Of a stretch of 44,793 bases of DNA, positions 30,064 to 37,789 are shown piece by piece. Source of the stretch: a candidate division WOR-3 bacterium (GTDB lineage: Bacteria; Hydrothermota; Tepidihabitantia; B3-TA06; JALVRC01); contig JALVRC010000046.1 in NCBI GenBank assembly GCA_027025255.1, positions 1-44,793 on the forward strand, given 5' to 3'. Position 1 is the stretch's first letter. Each line of letters starts with the position of its first letter. Below the pieces are notes generated by a model. The model did not search any database. It was not told the origin of the DNA and saw only the letters and a list, made by a program, of their open reading frames with translations. A program made the position numbers and the translations under genes.

Positions 30064-30945
30064 TTATTTTTTGTTTTTTATAAGTATTCTTAAAGCCTCT
30101 TCAAGCCTCCTTATCGCCTTTGACAAAAGCCCTATTTCATCATTCTTAAGGTAAACTGGTGCTGGACCAAGTTTATCCATCTCCAATTTACTCATCCTTT
30201 CAACCCTTTTTGTATATGCCACTATAGGACGTGCTATACCAAAAGATAAAATCCATGCAAAAAACAAAGAAAGAATAAGAGCTGCAATAGCCATTATTAG
30301 GAAAAATGAATCTGCTTCTTCTCTTCTTTGTTTAAACTTCTGCATAAGTTTCCCGAAACCCAATCCCATCTCATCCATATATACAGTTAATAAAACCATA
30401 AGACCACCCTTACCAACAGGATAACTTACAAGAAAGGCTTTCTTTGACTCAGCATCATAATATCTTGAAACAGTATCATCAAATGACAAACTTTTAAGTA
30501 TCTTTACTAAGCCTGGAGTTCCTTTAGCTTTCTCTATAATGTTTTTTGTTTCCCAATCTCTATTGGGATGGACAACAACCAATATACTATCATTATCAAT
30601 AAATCTAACAAGATAAGCAAAACCATGCTTTCCCAGTCCTTCTTTAACCCATATATGTTCGTTAACAATTGTCCTTATTGTATCATTAAATGCCTGCTCT
30701 GATATTCTACCACGTTCTTTAGCTATATAGGCTATTTCAATCTCCCTTGCAATGCTTTTAGCAATCGTACTAACTCTTTCAGCCATTAATAACTTTTCAT
30801 TCTTTAAATACTGAGACTGCAAATTTAGCATCATTTTAGGAAACAAAATAAATCTCAATAAAATATAGCCTATTACTAAGAATCCTGCTGTTATTAAGAA
30901 CATAAATAAAAAAACCTTTGTAAATAATGTAATCTTTGGCTTCAT
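30064..30945 (-). CDS. Membrane sensor TM-Cache-TM-HAMP with no output domain
   Basis: GFAYLV...VHPN...LTVYMDE Cache pattern; HAMP RPI...NDEIGLLSKAI, then stop. Start moved to ATG 30945 after a GGGGG SD. Confidence 0.75.
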   Translation of the reverse strand: MKPKITLFTKVFLFMFLITAGFLVIGYILLRFILFPKMMLNLQSQYLKNEKLLMAERVSTIAKSIAREIEIAYIAKERGRISEQAFNDTIRTIVNEHIWVKEGLGKHGFAYLVRFIDNDSILVVVHPNRDWETKNIIEKAKGTPGLVKILKSLSFDDTVSRYYDAESKKAFLVSYPVGKGGLMVLLTVYMDEMGLGFGKLMQKFKQRREEADSFFLIMAIAALILSLFFAWILSFGIARPIVAYTKRVERMSKLEMDKLGPAPVYLKNDEIGLLSKAIRRLEEALRILIKNKK

Positions 30946-30946
30946 A

Positions 30947-31813
30947 TTAACCCCCAATAAGCTTTTTGATTGTCTCTTTTAATAATTTAAAAGCCTTTGC
31001 AAGTATACCAATCTCATCCGAGCTTTTAATATCAATATCTACATTAATATCACCTTTACTAAACCTATCAGCAATGCCTGTGAGTTTTTCAATAGGGGTA
31101 ACAATATTCCTTGATATATATATACCAGCTAAAGCTCCTCCAGCTATAAGAATAATCCCTATCACTATCGCAATCATTCTCAAAGAGCTAAATCCTTTTT
31201 TGTTCTGTAGAGATATATCTTCAATAGGTTTTGTAAATTGGTCCAGATAAGCAGTTGAGACAACCATATAGTTCCTGGTACCTGTATACTCACAGACCAT
31301 AAATTTATCCCTTTTTTCACCTGTTTCCTCTTGCCATTTGTAAAAACCTTCTACTCTGTCGTTATGCGGCGTTGCTTTTTTAAAGATTAGCCAGAAGTCA
31401 GGGAGCTTATCCTTAAGCTTATACATGTTAAAACCCTTGCTTAACCTCTTCTGCGGATGCCATTGCATTAAAAGAGAATCCTCTCCAAAATACTCCCATA
31501 CTGCAGTATAACCAGTTTTTAAAACAGGTTGAACAGCAATCTTTCCAAAATATTCATCATTTAACAATTCTTTTGTACTTTTCGGGAAATACGCTAAATA
31601 GTCCCTAATATGAAAACTTACTACTCTATTTGTCATTTCCACATTCCTTATTACATGGGTTTTCAAAAGCTCCTCTTCCATATTAGTTACGCTATCTACC
31701 CAGGGAAAAGCAGTTGATATTAAATAGAAAAGAAAAACACCTGCGGGAAGAACTGGAACTATAGCAAAGGCCCACAGAAATTTTGTTTTTATACTTTTAA
31801 TTTTCTCAGCCAT
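30947..31813 (-). CDS. Membrane sensor TM-Cache-TM-HAMP with no output domain
   Basis: TGYTAV...WHP...YKW...G..RDKF...STAYLDQF Cache pattern; HAMP TPI..L...SKGD...DEIGILAKAF, then stop; GGAGG SD. Confidence 0.8.
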   Translation of the reverse strand: MAEKIKSIKTKFLWAFAIVPVLPAGVFLFYLISTAFPWVDSVTNMEEELLKTHVIRNVEMTNRVVSFHIRDYLAYFPKSTKELLNDEYFGKIAVQPVLKTGYTAVWEYFGEDSLLMQWHPQKRLSKGFNMYKLKDKLPDFWLIFKKATPHNDRVEGFYKWQEETGEKRDKFMVCEYTGTRNYMVVSTAYLDQFTKPIEDISLQNKKGFSSLRMIAIVIGIILIAGGALAGIYISRNIVTPIEKLTGIADRFSKGDINVDIDIKSSDEIGILAKAFKLLKETIKKLIGG

Positions 31814-31822
31814 AATACCTCC

Positions 31823-32320
31823 TTAAAGACTTTTTAAAAATTCTTCTTTTAATTGAGGATCTGCTATCTCCTTTAAAATCAATTCCTTTAATTTTTGAAT
31901 TGCACTTGCAGGAACATTATCTCTTGTTAAAGACATCTCTTTTAATACATTATCAATAATTGCGGCAGCTGCAAACCCAACTGCATTCTTAAGCGCATTT
32001 TCAATCCTTTCTATATTTACATAGTCCATATCTGCTTCACTCAAATTCAAAAGCACTTTTGTACTCGGGATATCAGAATTTATACGAGAAGATTTTATAC
32101 CCTTATCTAACGTATATTGTCCTGTTTCAAACCTTAAGACCTCCTCTATAACACCCCTTCCACATTTGTCTCTAATTTCAGAACATACAATATCACCGTT
32201 ATCAAAATATATCTTATACAAATGCTCCCCCTGCTTTATAAACAAGGAACCAGTAAATCTATCTGTATATAACTTAGTTAATAAATCCCGTAGTTCCTTA
32301 TTACTTTTAAAAAAAGGCAT
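31823..32320 (-). CDS. DUF4388 (PatA-N-like) domain plus small C-terminal helical domain
   Basis: L..L....FTGSL.I......KIYF.NGDIV pattern. Confidence 0.65.
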   Translation of the reverse strand: MPFFKSNKELRDLLTKLYTDRFTGSLFIKQGEHLYKIYFDNGDIVCSEIRDKCGRGVIEEVLRFETGQYTLDKGIKSSRINSDIPSTKVLLNLSEADMDYVNIERIENALKNAVGFAAAAIIDNVLKEMSLTRDNVPASAIQKLKELILKEIADPQLKEEFLKSL

Positions 32321-32731
32321 CTATTCTCCTTTCTTTAGATATTCAAATAGATAATCAATATCTAAAACAAGATATACCTGATCTTCTTTATTAAGTATAC
32401 CCTTAAAAAATGGCGCGTCTTCATCAGGAAAAAAATTAGGAAGAGAACCCATATCCTTTTCTTCAAAATTAATAAGACTTCCTACTTCATCAGCCCTCAA
32501 AACCCATCTATCTTTTTTGTGCTCTATAAGTATATACCAGTTTCCCTTTTTATACTTAAGCTGTAAAGGATTACCAACAACAACAATTGTCCCTTCGTAA
32601 TTAATTACTCCATCGACAAAAGAAGGAGCTTGAGGTACAGGAGTAATCTCCGCTTCCTCCAGGATTTTCTCTACTTTATCCACACGCACAAGATAATTCT
32701 CTTCACCAATTTTTAATAGAATATGCTGCAT
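32321..32731 (-). CDS. cheW: CheW scaffold (PilI-like)
   Basis: ITPVPQAPSFVDGVINYEG and LVLDID motifs. Confidence 0.85.
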   Translation of the reverse strand: MQHILLKIGEENYLVRVDKVEKILEEAEITPVPQAPSFVDGVINYEGTIVVVGNPLQLKYKKGNWYILIEHKKDRWVLRADEVGSLINFEEKDMGSLPNFFPDEDAPFFKGILNKEDQVYLVLDIDYLFEYLKKGE

Positions 32732-32733
32732 AG

Positions 32734-33099
32734 CTATCCAATAATTTTCTTCACTTCTGCCAAAAGAAGCTCTTTATTAACTGGTTTTGTAATATAAGCT
32801 GCTCCACCTATTTTTTTACCCCAGAATTTATCAACATCCTCACCCTTACTTGTAACAAAAATTATGGGGATATTCTTTGTTTCATCATCCTTTTTAAGCT
32901 CTCTTGCAATATTGAATCCATCTATATCAGGAAGTATTACATCAAGCAAAATAAGATCAGGATGTTTCTCAATTGCCGTATTCTTACCTTCTTTTCCGTT
33001 AAAGGCCTCCAGTAAAATTACATCAAATATTTTTAAAAAACTCTTAATCTCCTCCATTTCGGTTTTTGAATCTTCTATAATTAATATTGTTTTACTCAC
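32734..33099 (-). CDS. Single-domain response regulator (CheY/PilH-like)
   Basis: IEDS, DLILLDV.LP, TSK..DVDKFWG...G...YITKP (PilH-like); GTG start. Confidence 0.88.
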   Translation of the reverse strand: MSKTILIIEDSKTEMEEIKSFLKIFDVILLEAFNGKEGKNTAIEKHPDLILLDVILPDIDGFNIARELKKDDETKNIPIIFVTSKGEDVDKFWGKKIGGAAYITKPVNKELLLAEVKKIIG

Positions 33100-34394
33100 C
33101 CCTTTCCTCCTTTGTTTTTTATTATTCTATAAATTTCTTCTGGTTTAAAAGGCTTTGATATGTAACCATTAGCTCCAACTAATTGAGCTTTCATCCTATC
33201 AAAAAAGCCCTTTTTAGAGGTTAAAAAATATACCTGAGTATCTTTTAATCCTGCTATCTTTCTTATTTCTCTGCATATTTCATAACCATCAATCCCTGGC
33301 ATAACAATGTCAAGAAATATTATGTCAGGGGAAAACTCTTTCGCTTTATCAATACCCAAAACCCCTTCAGAAGCCTCAATAATCATAACATCCTTAAAAT
33401 GTTTCTGGATCATTTTTTTTACTATTCTTCTTGTAACTAAACTATCATCAATAATAAGAATAGTAAAAGCTTTCTTATCTTTTAAACTTAGAATTTCTTT
33501 TTCAAGAAGAGTTTTTATCCCTCTAAAAACCGTCTCCTGTTTTAATCCTATTTTATCAGCAATATCTTCTATGTTTATTTCTTTATCTATAGCCAATAGA
33601 ATCTTTAATTCAATAGGATGCAAAACAGGCATTTCAACCTTTTTTATAGGCTTTTTATAGATAATGCCGTTGTAGTTAAGGTTTTCACAGCCCTCTTCAC
33701 ACAAAAAGTCCCTGAAAATGGTATCCTTTAATCTCATTGCTTCAAGCATTGCAAAATCAACAGGTAAATCTATCATTTTTACAGGAGGATCTTCATAATC
33801 CATTTTCCTGAAAAAAAGTTGACCTTCATGCATAAAAATCTGAAAAAAAGCGTTTTGTCCTTCCTGGATGGAAGATTCTGCATATTCAAGAACTCCCTCC
33901 TGTAAGAAAAACCGAACGTTAATACCTGGCAAATTCACAAAGAAAACACCGCTTATCTTATTCTGAGAACACATCTCCATATAGGAAGCAAAATCATCAT
34001 TACCAATCTCTCCACTTATATACTGTTCATCTTCCATTATGTTCTTTACAAGTAAACTAAGTTCAGAAATTGTAAAAGGCTTCTCAAGTATATAACCAAT
34101 TCCGAGATTGGATGCTTCTTTCTTTATATTTTCATCCAAAAAACCACTTATCAATATTATAGGGATATCCTTCTTGAAACTCCGTACTTTCCTTATAAAT
34201 TCAGTCCCATACATATCTGGAAGCCTATAATCAACTATCAATAGCTTTATTTGAAATCTTTTTAACATGAAATATTGTATTGCCTCTTCACCGCTCTGGG
34301 CAGAAATAATCTTATATCCCTTATTTGTAAGATAAGATGTATACATTTTTCTTATATATGATTCGTCATCAACAAGAAGGATTTCTTCAGCCAT
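33096..34394 (-). CDS. Dual-receiver protein: REC-DUF4388-wHTH-like-REC (PatA/PilG-like)
   Basis: Two intact REC domains; the C-terminal one has the PilG/PatA-like TSKKGFFDRMKAQLVGA; DUF4388-like middle region. Confidence 0.75.
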   Translation of the reverse strand: MAEEILLVDDESYIRKMYTSYLTNKGYKIISAQSGEEAIQYFMLKRFQIKLLIVDYRLPDMYGTEFIRKVRSFKKDIPIILISGFLDENIKKEASNLGIGYILEKPFTISELSLLVKNIMEDEQYISGEIGNDDFASYMEMCSQNKISGVFFVNLPGINVRFFLQEGVLEYAESSIQEGQNAFFQIFMHEGQLFFRKMDYEDPPVKMIDLPVDFAMLEAMRLKDTIFRDFLCEEGCENLNYNGIIYKKPIKKVEMPVLHPIELKILLAIDKEINIEDIADKIGLKQETVFRGIKTLLEKEILSLKDKKAFTILIIDDSLVTRRIVKKMIQKHFKDVMIIEASEGVLGIDKAKEFSPDIIFLDIVMPGIDGYEICREIRKIAGLKDTQVYFLTSKKGFFDRMKAQLVGANGYISKPFKPEEIYRIIKNKGGKG

Positions 34395-34400
34395 AATTAA

Positions 34401-34428
34401 ACTATATATACATTTTAAAGTATGTCAA
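34401..34428 (-). promoter_or_regulatory. Promoter TTGACA-N16-TATAGT, 6 nt before the first ATG of the chemosensory operon
   Basis: + strand ACTATA 34401-34406 and TGTCAA 34423-34428. Confidence 0.75.
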
Positions 34429-34450
34429 GTATTAAACTTTTCTTTAAAAG

Positions 34451-35209
34451 TTATTTATCTTTAATAATCAATGAAGCTAACCTTTTACCTGACAGTAACA
34501 TACCACCAAATATCGGTCCCATCCGAGGATAACCATGAACAGCATTAACAGACATCCCTGCTGCATACAATCCTGGGAAAACTTCTCCAGTACCAGATAC
34601 AACAAGTTTTTCTGCTTCATCAGCATTCATAGGCCCTTCTCCTTTTATAAGACTATGTTTCGTCTTCTTTTGAACCATATGAACAATTTCAGCATCGTGC
34701 CCTGTAGCATCAACAAGATATTTTGATGAAATAACGAGCGGATCAACATGCAATTCAGCCATAAACACGCTACTCCAATTTATTACTGCACCTACGACTC
34801 TATCCTGTTTAATCATTACATCTTCAACAGTAATAAGATTAAAATACTTAAGCCCCATTTTCATGTTTTTAAAAAGTAATGCCCCCAGAAGAGCCATAGA
34901 AGATGTAGTAAAATAACCCTCTTTAAATTTTTTAAAAGGGACTTCAAGCTCTTTAAGAATTTCTATCGCACTTTCTTGAACAACTACAACATTAAACATC
35001 ATTCCACCACCAGCAAGTCCTCCACCTGGCCTCAGTGCCTTTTCAATAAGAGTAACACTCACCCCTTCCTTTAAAAGATAATATGCTGCTGCAAGACCGG
35101 AAGGACCTCCTCCTACTATAACAGCCTCGTTTACAAGAGCATCCTTCATTTCATTCATATATGTTTCAATGATTGCACTGCTAACATTTATTTCATCTAT
35201 ATACGTCAT
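34451..35209 (-). CDS. thi4: Sulfide-dependent thiazole synthase (Thi4, His-type)
   Basis: GGGPSG, GGG..GGG, LHVDP, DATGHDA and RMGPIFGGMLLSG motifs. Confidence 0.93.
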   Translation of the reverse strand: MTYIDEINVSSAIIETYMNEMKDALVNEAVIVGGGPSGLAAAYYLLKEGVSVTLIEKALRPGGGLAGGGMMFNVVVVQESAIEILKELEVPFKKFKEGYFTTSSMALLGALLFKNMKMGLKYFNLITVEDVMIKQDRVVGAVINWSSVFMAELHVDPLVISSKYLVDATGHDAEIVHMVQKKTKHSLIKGEGPMNADEAEKLVVSGTGEVFPGLYAAGMSVNAVHGYPRMGPIFGGMLLSGKRLASLIIKDK

Positions 35210-35876
35210 ATTGCCTTTCTCTCCTTTGTTTTACTTTGTTTCTTAAAGGTAATGCCAACAAAACACCTGTCAAAAAACCCCCGATATGAGCGAACCATGC
35301 CACTCCTCCCTGAGCTCCCAATGAACCCAATCCACTAAAGAATTGCAAGAGTATCCATAATCCAAGAAATATGTACGCAGGTATATAAACTATTTCCCAA
35401 ATAATAACCAGAGGGAGTAAGGTTAATATCTTTGCACGAGGGAAAAGTATTATATATGCACCCAGAATCCCAGAAATAGCACCAGACGCACCTATCATAG
35501 GTATATTAGAAGCTGGATTTAAAAAAGCCTGAATAAGCGCCCCTCCTATACCAGACATAAAATAAATAAATAAAAACTTAGAATGCCCGGCTATATCTTC
35601 TACATTATCCCCGAATATCCATAAAAACCACATATTTCCAATTATATGAAGTAAATCTGCATGTATAAACATTGATGTAAAAATTGTAAGCACCGCATAA
35701 AAAGAAAACGAAAAAATGAGTCTTTCTGGTAGAAGACCAAAAGCGTAAAAGAATTGAGTTAGGGCATTTTTAGAAAAGGACAATTCAAAAAGGAAAACAA
35801 TTACATTTATAACTATAATAGTATACAAAAATAAAGGCTTTTTATAAGAAGGAATATTATCCTTAAGGGGTAACAT
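35193..35876 (-). CDS. Rhomboid intramembrane serine protease
   Basis: H...H..GNM, GASGAISG and AHIGGF motifs. Start moved to ATG 35876 after AGGAG. Confidence 0.92.
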   Translation of the reverse strand: MLPLKDNIPSYKKPLFLYTIIVINVIVFLFELSFSKNALTQFFYAFGLLPERLIFSFSFYAVLTIFTSMFIHADLLHIIGNMWFLWIFGDNVEDIAGHSKFLFIYFMSGIGGALIQAFLNPASNIPMIGASGAISGILGAYIILFPRAKILTLLPLVIIWEIVYIPAYIFLGLWILLQFFSGLGSLGAQGGVAWFAHIGGFLTGVLLALPLRNKVKQRRERQYDVYR

Positions 35877-36342
35877 ATTCAACTCCTGCTTGAGCTATAC
35901 AAACAATGCCCTCTCCTCTCCCTATAAATCCCATACCCTCGTTAGACTTAACTTGAATATTAACAAATCTTTCACTTATCTCTAAAATAGTTGAAAGAGA
36001 ACGCATCATAGGAACAATAAAGTCCTTTAATTTAGGCCTTTCTGCAATTATAATAACCTGAACAAAGCTCAAATTTGCCTGCCTCTCTTTTAAACGTTTT
36101 AATATCTCCCTTATAAAGAAAGAACTTTTAACATCCTTATATTCTAACATAGAAGGAGAAAACATCTCTCCTATACCACCCATAAAACTTGCACTTAGAA
36201 CAGCATCCGCTATTGCATGAAGAACAACATCTCCGTCAGAATGCGAAGCAAGTCCTTCTTTATAAGGAATTTCTATGCCTCCTAATCGTAGCCTGCTACC
36301 CGATGAGAACTTGTGAGAATCATATCCAATCCCTGTAATCAT
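35863..36342 (-). CDS. ispF: 2-C-methyl-D-erythritol 2,4-cyclodiphosphate synthase
   Basis: GIGYDSH, HSDGDVVLHAIADA and E.MGFIGRGEG motifs. Confidence 0.93.
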   Translation of the reverse strand: MITGIGYDSHKFSSGSRLRLGGIEIPYKEGLASHSDGDVVLHAIADAVLSASFMGGIGEMFSPSMLEYKDVKSSFFIREILKRLKERQANLSFVQVIIIAERPKLKDFIVPMMRSLSTILEISERFVNIQVKSNEGMGFIGRGEGIVCIAQAGVEYVTP

Positions 36343-36348
36343 CTAACA

Positions 36349-36376
36349 ATTATAAACACTTTTATAAAAAAGTCAA
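36349..36376 (-). promoter_or_regulatory. Promoter TTGACT-N16-TATAAT, 6 nt before the ispF ATG
   Basis: + strand ATTATA 36349-36354 and AGTCAA 36371-36376. Confidence 0.8.
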
Positions 36377-36379
36377 GAC

Positions 36380-36407
36380 TTGACACAACATAAAAACAAT
36401 ATATAAT
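36380..36407 (+). promoter_or_regulatory. Promoter TTGACA-N16-TATAAT, 7 nt before the GT2 ATG
   Basis: Both boxes are perfect consensus. Confidence 0.8.
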
Positions 36408-36414
36408 TTGAATT

Positions 36415-37707
36415 ATGGATATTTTCTTTATAATTTTGTCAAAAATGCTTTTATTATTACTTATTATAATTTCAATTTATATTCTTGTTATTGGATTTAA
36501 AGTCAGGATTAAAAGATTAAAACATACCTTCTTCCCTGAGGTAAGTCTTCTTGTTTATGCAAAGGATGCGGGTAATACAATAAAAAGAAAAATAGAAAAT
36601 TTTCTTTCTCAAAACTATCCTGAAAATAAATATGAAATAATTGTTTACGACAATGCTTCTTCAGACGAAACAAAAAAAATATGTGAAGGCTTTGCTAAAA
36701 AAGGCGCTATAAAATACATAAGGGTTGGAGAGAATAAAAATCTTAGAAAAAGCTATGGAAAAGGGACAGTCATATATATAAAGCATCCTGGATTTGACAG
36801 AAAGGCACCTCTATTAGACCTTGCGATAAAAGAGCTTGCAACAGGAGAAATAATACTTATGAATGATCCTGATGTTGTTTGCGAAAAAAACTGGATACTT
36901 GACATGGTGCAGCCTTTTAAGAATAAACAGGTAGGAGCAGTAACAGGTACTGTCCACTGTGGGAACTACTATGAATCGATTATGACACGCTTAAGAGCAG
37001 TTGAGGACGAATGGAATTATGTTGTAACCAGAATGATTAACAATGAAATGATACCTATATATGGAGCTAACTATGGTCTCCGCTATTCCGTATGGAAAGA
37101 GGTAGGAGGACATGGTACCGGAGTAATAGAGGATGTTGATATAGCTGTTAAAATAATTGAAAAAGAATTTAAGATTGTAGGAGTCAGTGCTTCTGGTGTA
37201 GAAGAAGAAGTAAGTAATATAAATGCCTATTGGAGACAAAGAACTCGCTGGTACAAAGCTAACATTTTTCAGCTCTTTAAAGGGAAACACAAAATAAAGA
37301 AATTTATAAATCTCATACCCTTCTCATTACATTCCTGGGCAGTAATTTCAATGTATGCACTTTTAAGAGCTCTCCTTGACCCCCTTCATATCTCCGGGTT
37401 TACTATTGCTGTCACTCTGGATATCATATTTGCCTCAGCTCCCCTATTATTTCTTCATATTGCTATGTTTGTTGCATTTATAAAGATAAAAACAGGGAGG
37501 AAATTCATTCCGTTTATTCCTCTCTATCTCACAGTAGACGCTCTTCTTTTCTTTATAACCCTTATTTACGTTAACACATTGGGCAGATTTAGCAAAGAAG
37601 TATGGCCATCTCTCGAAGGCAAACACTATCATGCAGGTGTTAAACTTAAAAGAAAATGGTTTTTCCAATTCGAAAACAAAGAAAGAAAGCACTATAAAAA
37701 TAAATAG
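36415..37707 (+). CDS. Family 2 glycosyltransferase, processive type (PgaC/IcaA/CesA-like)
   Basis: DPD, IED and QRTRW motifs; N- and C-terminal TM helices. Confidence 0.85.
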   Translation: MDIFFIILSKMLLLLLIIISIYILVIGFKVRIKRLKHTFFPEVSLLVYAKDAGNTIKRKIENFLSQNYPENKYEIIVYDNASSDETKKICEGFAKKGAIKYIRVGENKNLRKSYGKGTVIYIKHPGFDRKAPLLDLAIKELATGEIILMNDPDVVCEKNWILDMVQPFKNKQVGAVTGTVHCGNYYESIMTRLRAVEDEWNYVVTRMINNEMIPIYGANYGLRYSVWKEVGGHGTGVIEDVDIAVKIIEKEFKIVGVSASGVEEEVSNINAYWRQRTRWYKANIFQLFKGKHKIKKFINLIPFSLHSWAVISMYALLRALLDPLHISGFTIAVTLDIIFASAPLLFLHIAMFVAFIKIKTGRKFIPFIPLYLTVDALLFFITLIYVNTLGRFSKEVWPSLEGKHYHAGVKLKRKWFFQFENKERKHYKNK

Positions 37708-37718
37708 TTTTTTATTGC

Positions 37719-37746
37719 TTGACACTCCCATAAAAATGTGTATATT
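37719..37746 (+). promoter_or_regulatory. Promoter TTGACA-N16-TATATT
   Basis: Upstream of the AGGAG SD and ATG 37790. Confidence 0.7.
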
Positions 37747-37789
37747 TTTCTCTATATGATTATTTTTATGAATAAAAAGGAGAATTATA

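Noticed and set aside
30064..31813. Cache-HAMP genes as pseudogenised MCPs or kinases
   Set aside because: No output-domain remnant follows either stop; the next genes start immediately with an SD, and both end at the same structural point.
36690..36800. Possible internal duplication in GT2 (KKGAIKYIR / GKGTVIYIK)
   Set aside because: Similarity is weak at the DNA level and cannot be separated from chance.
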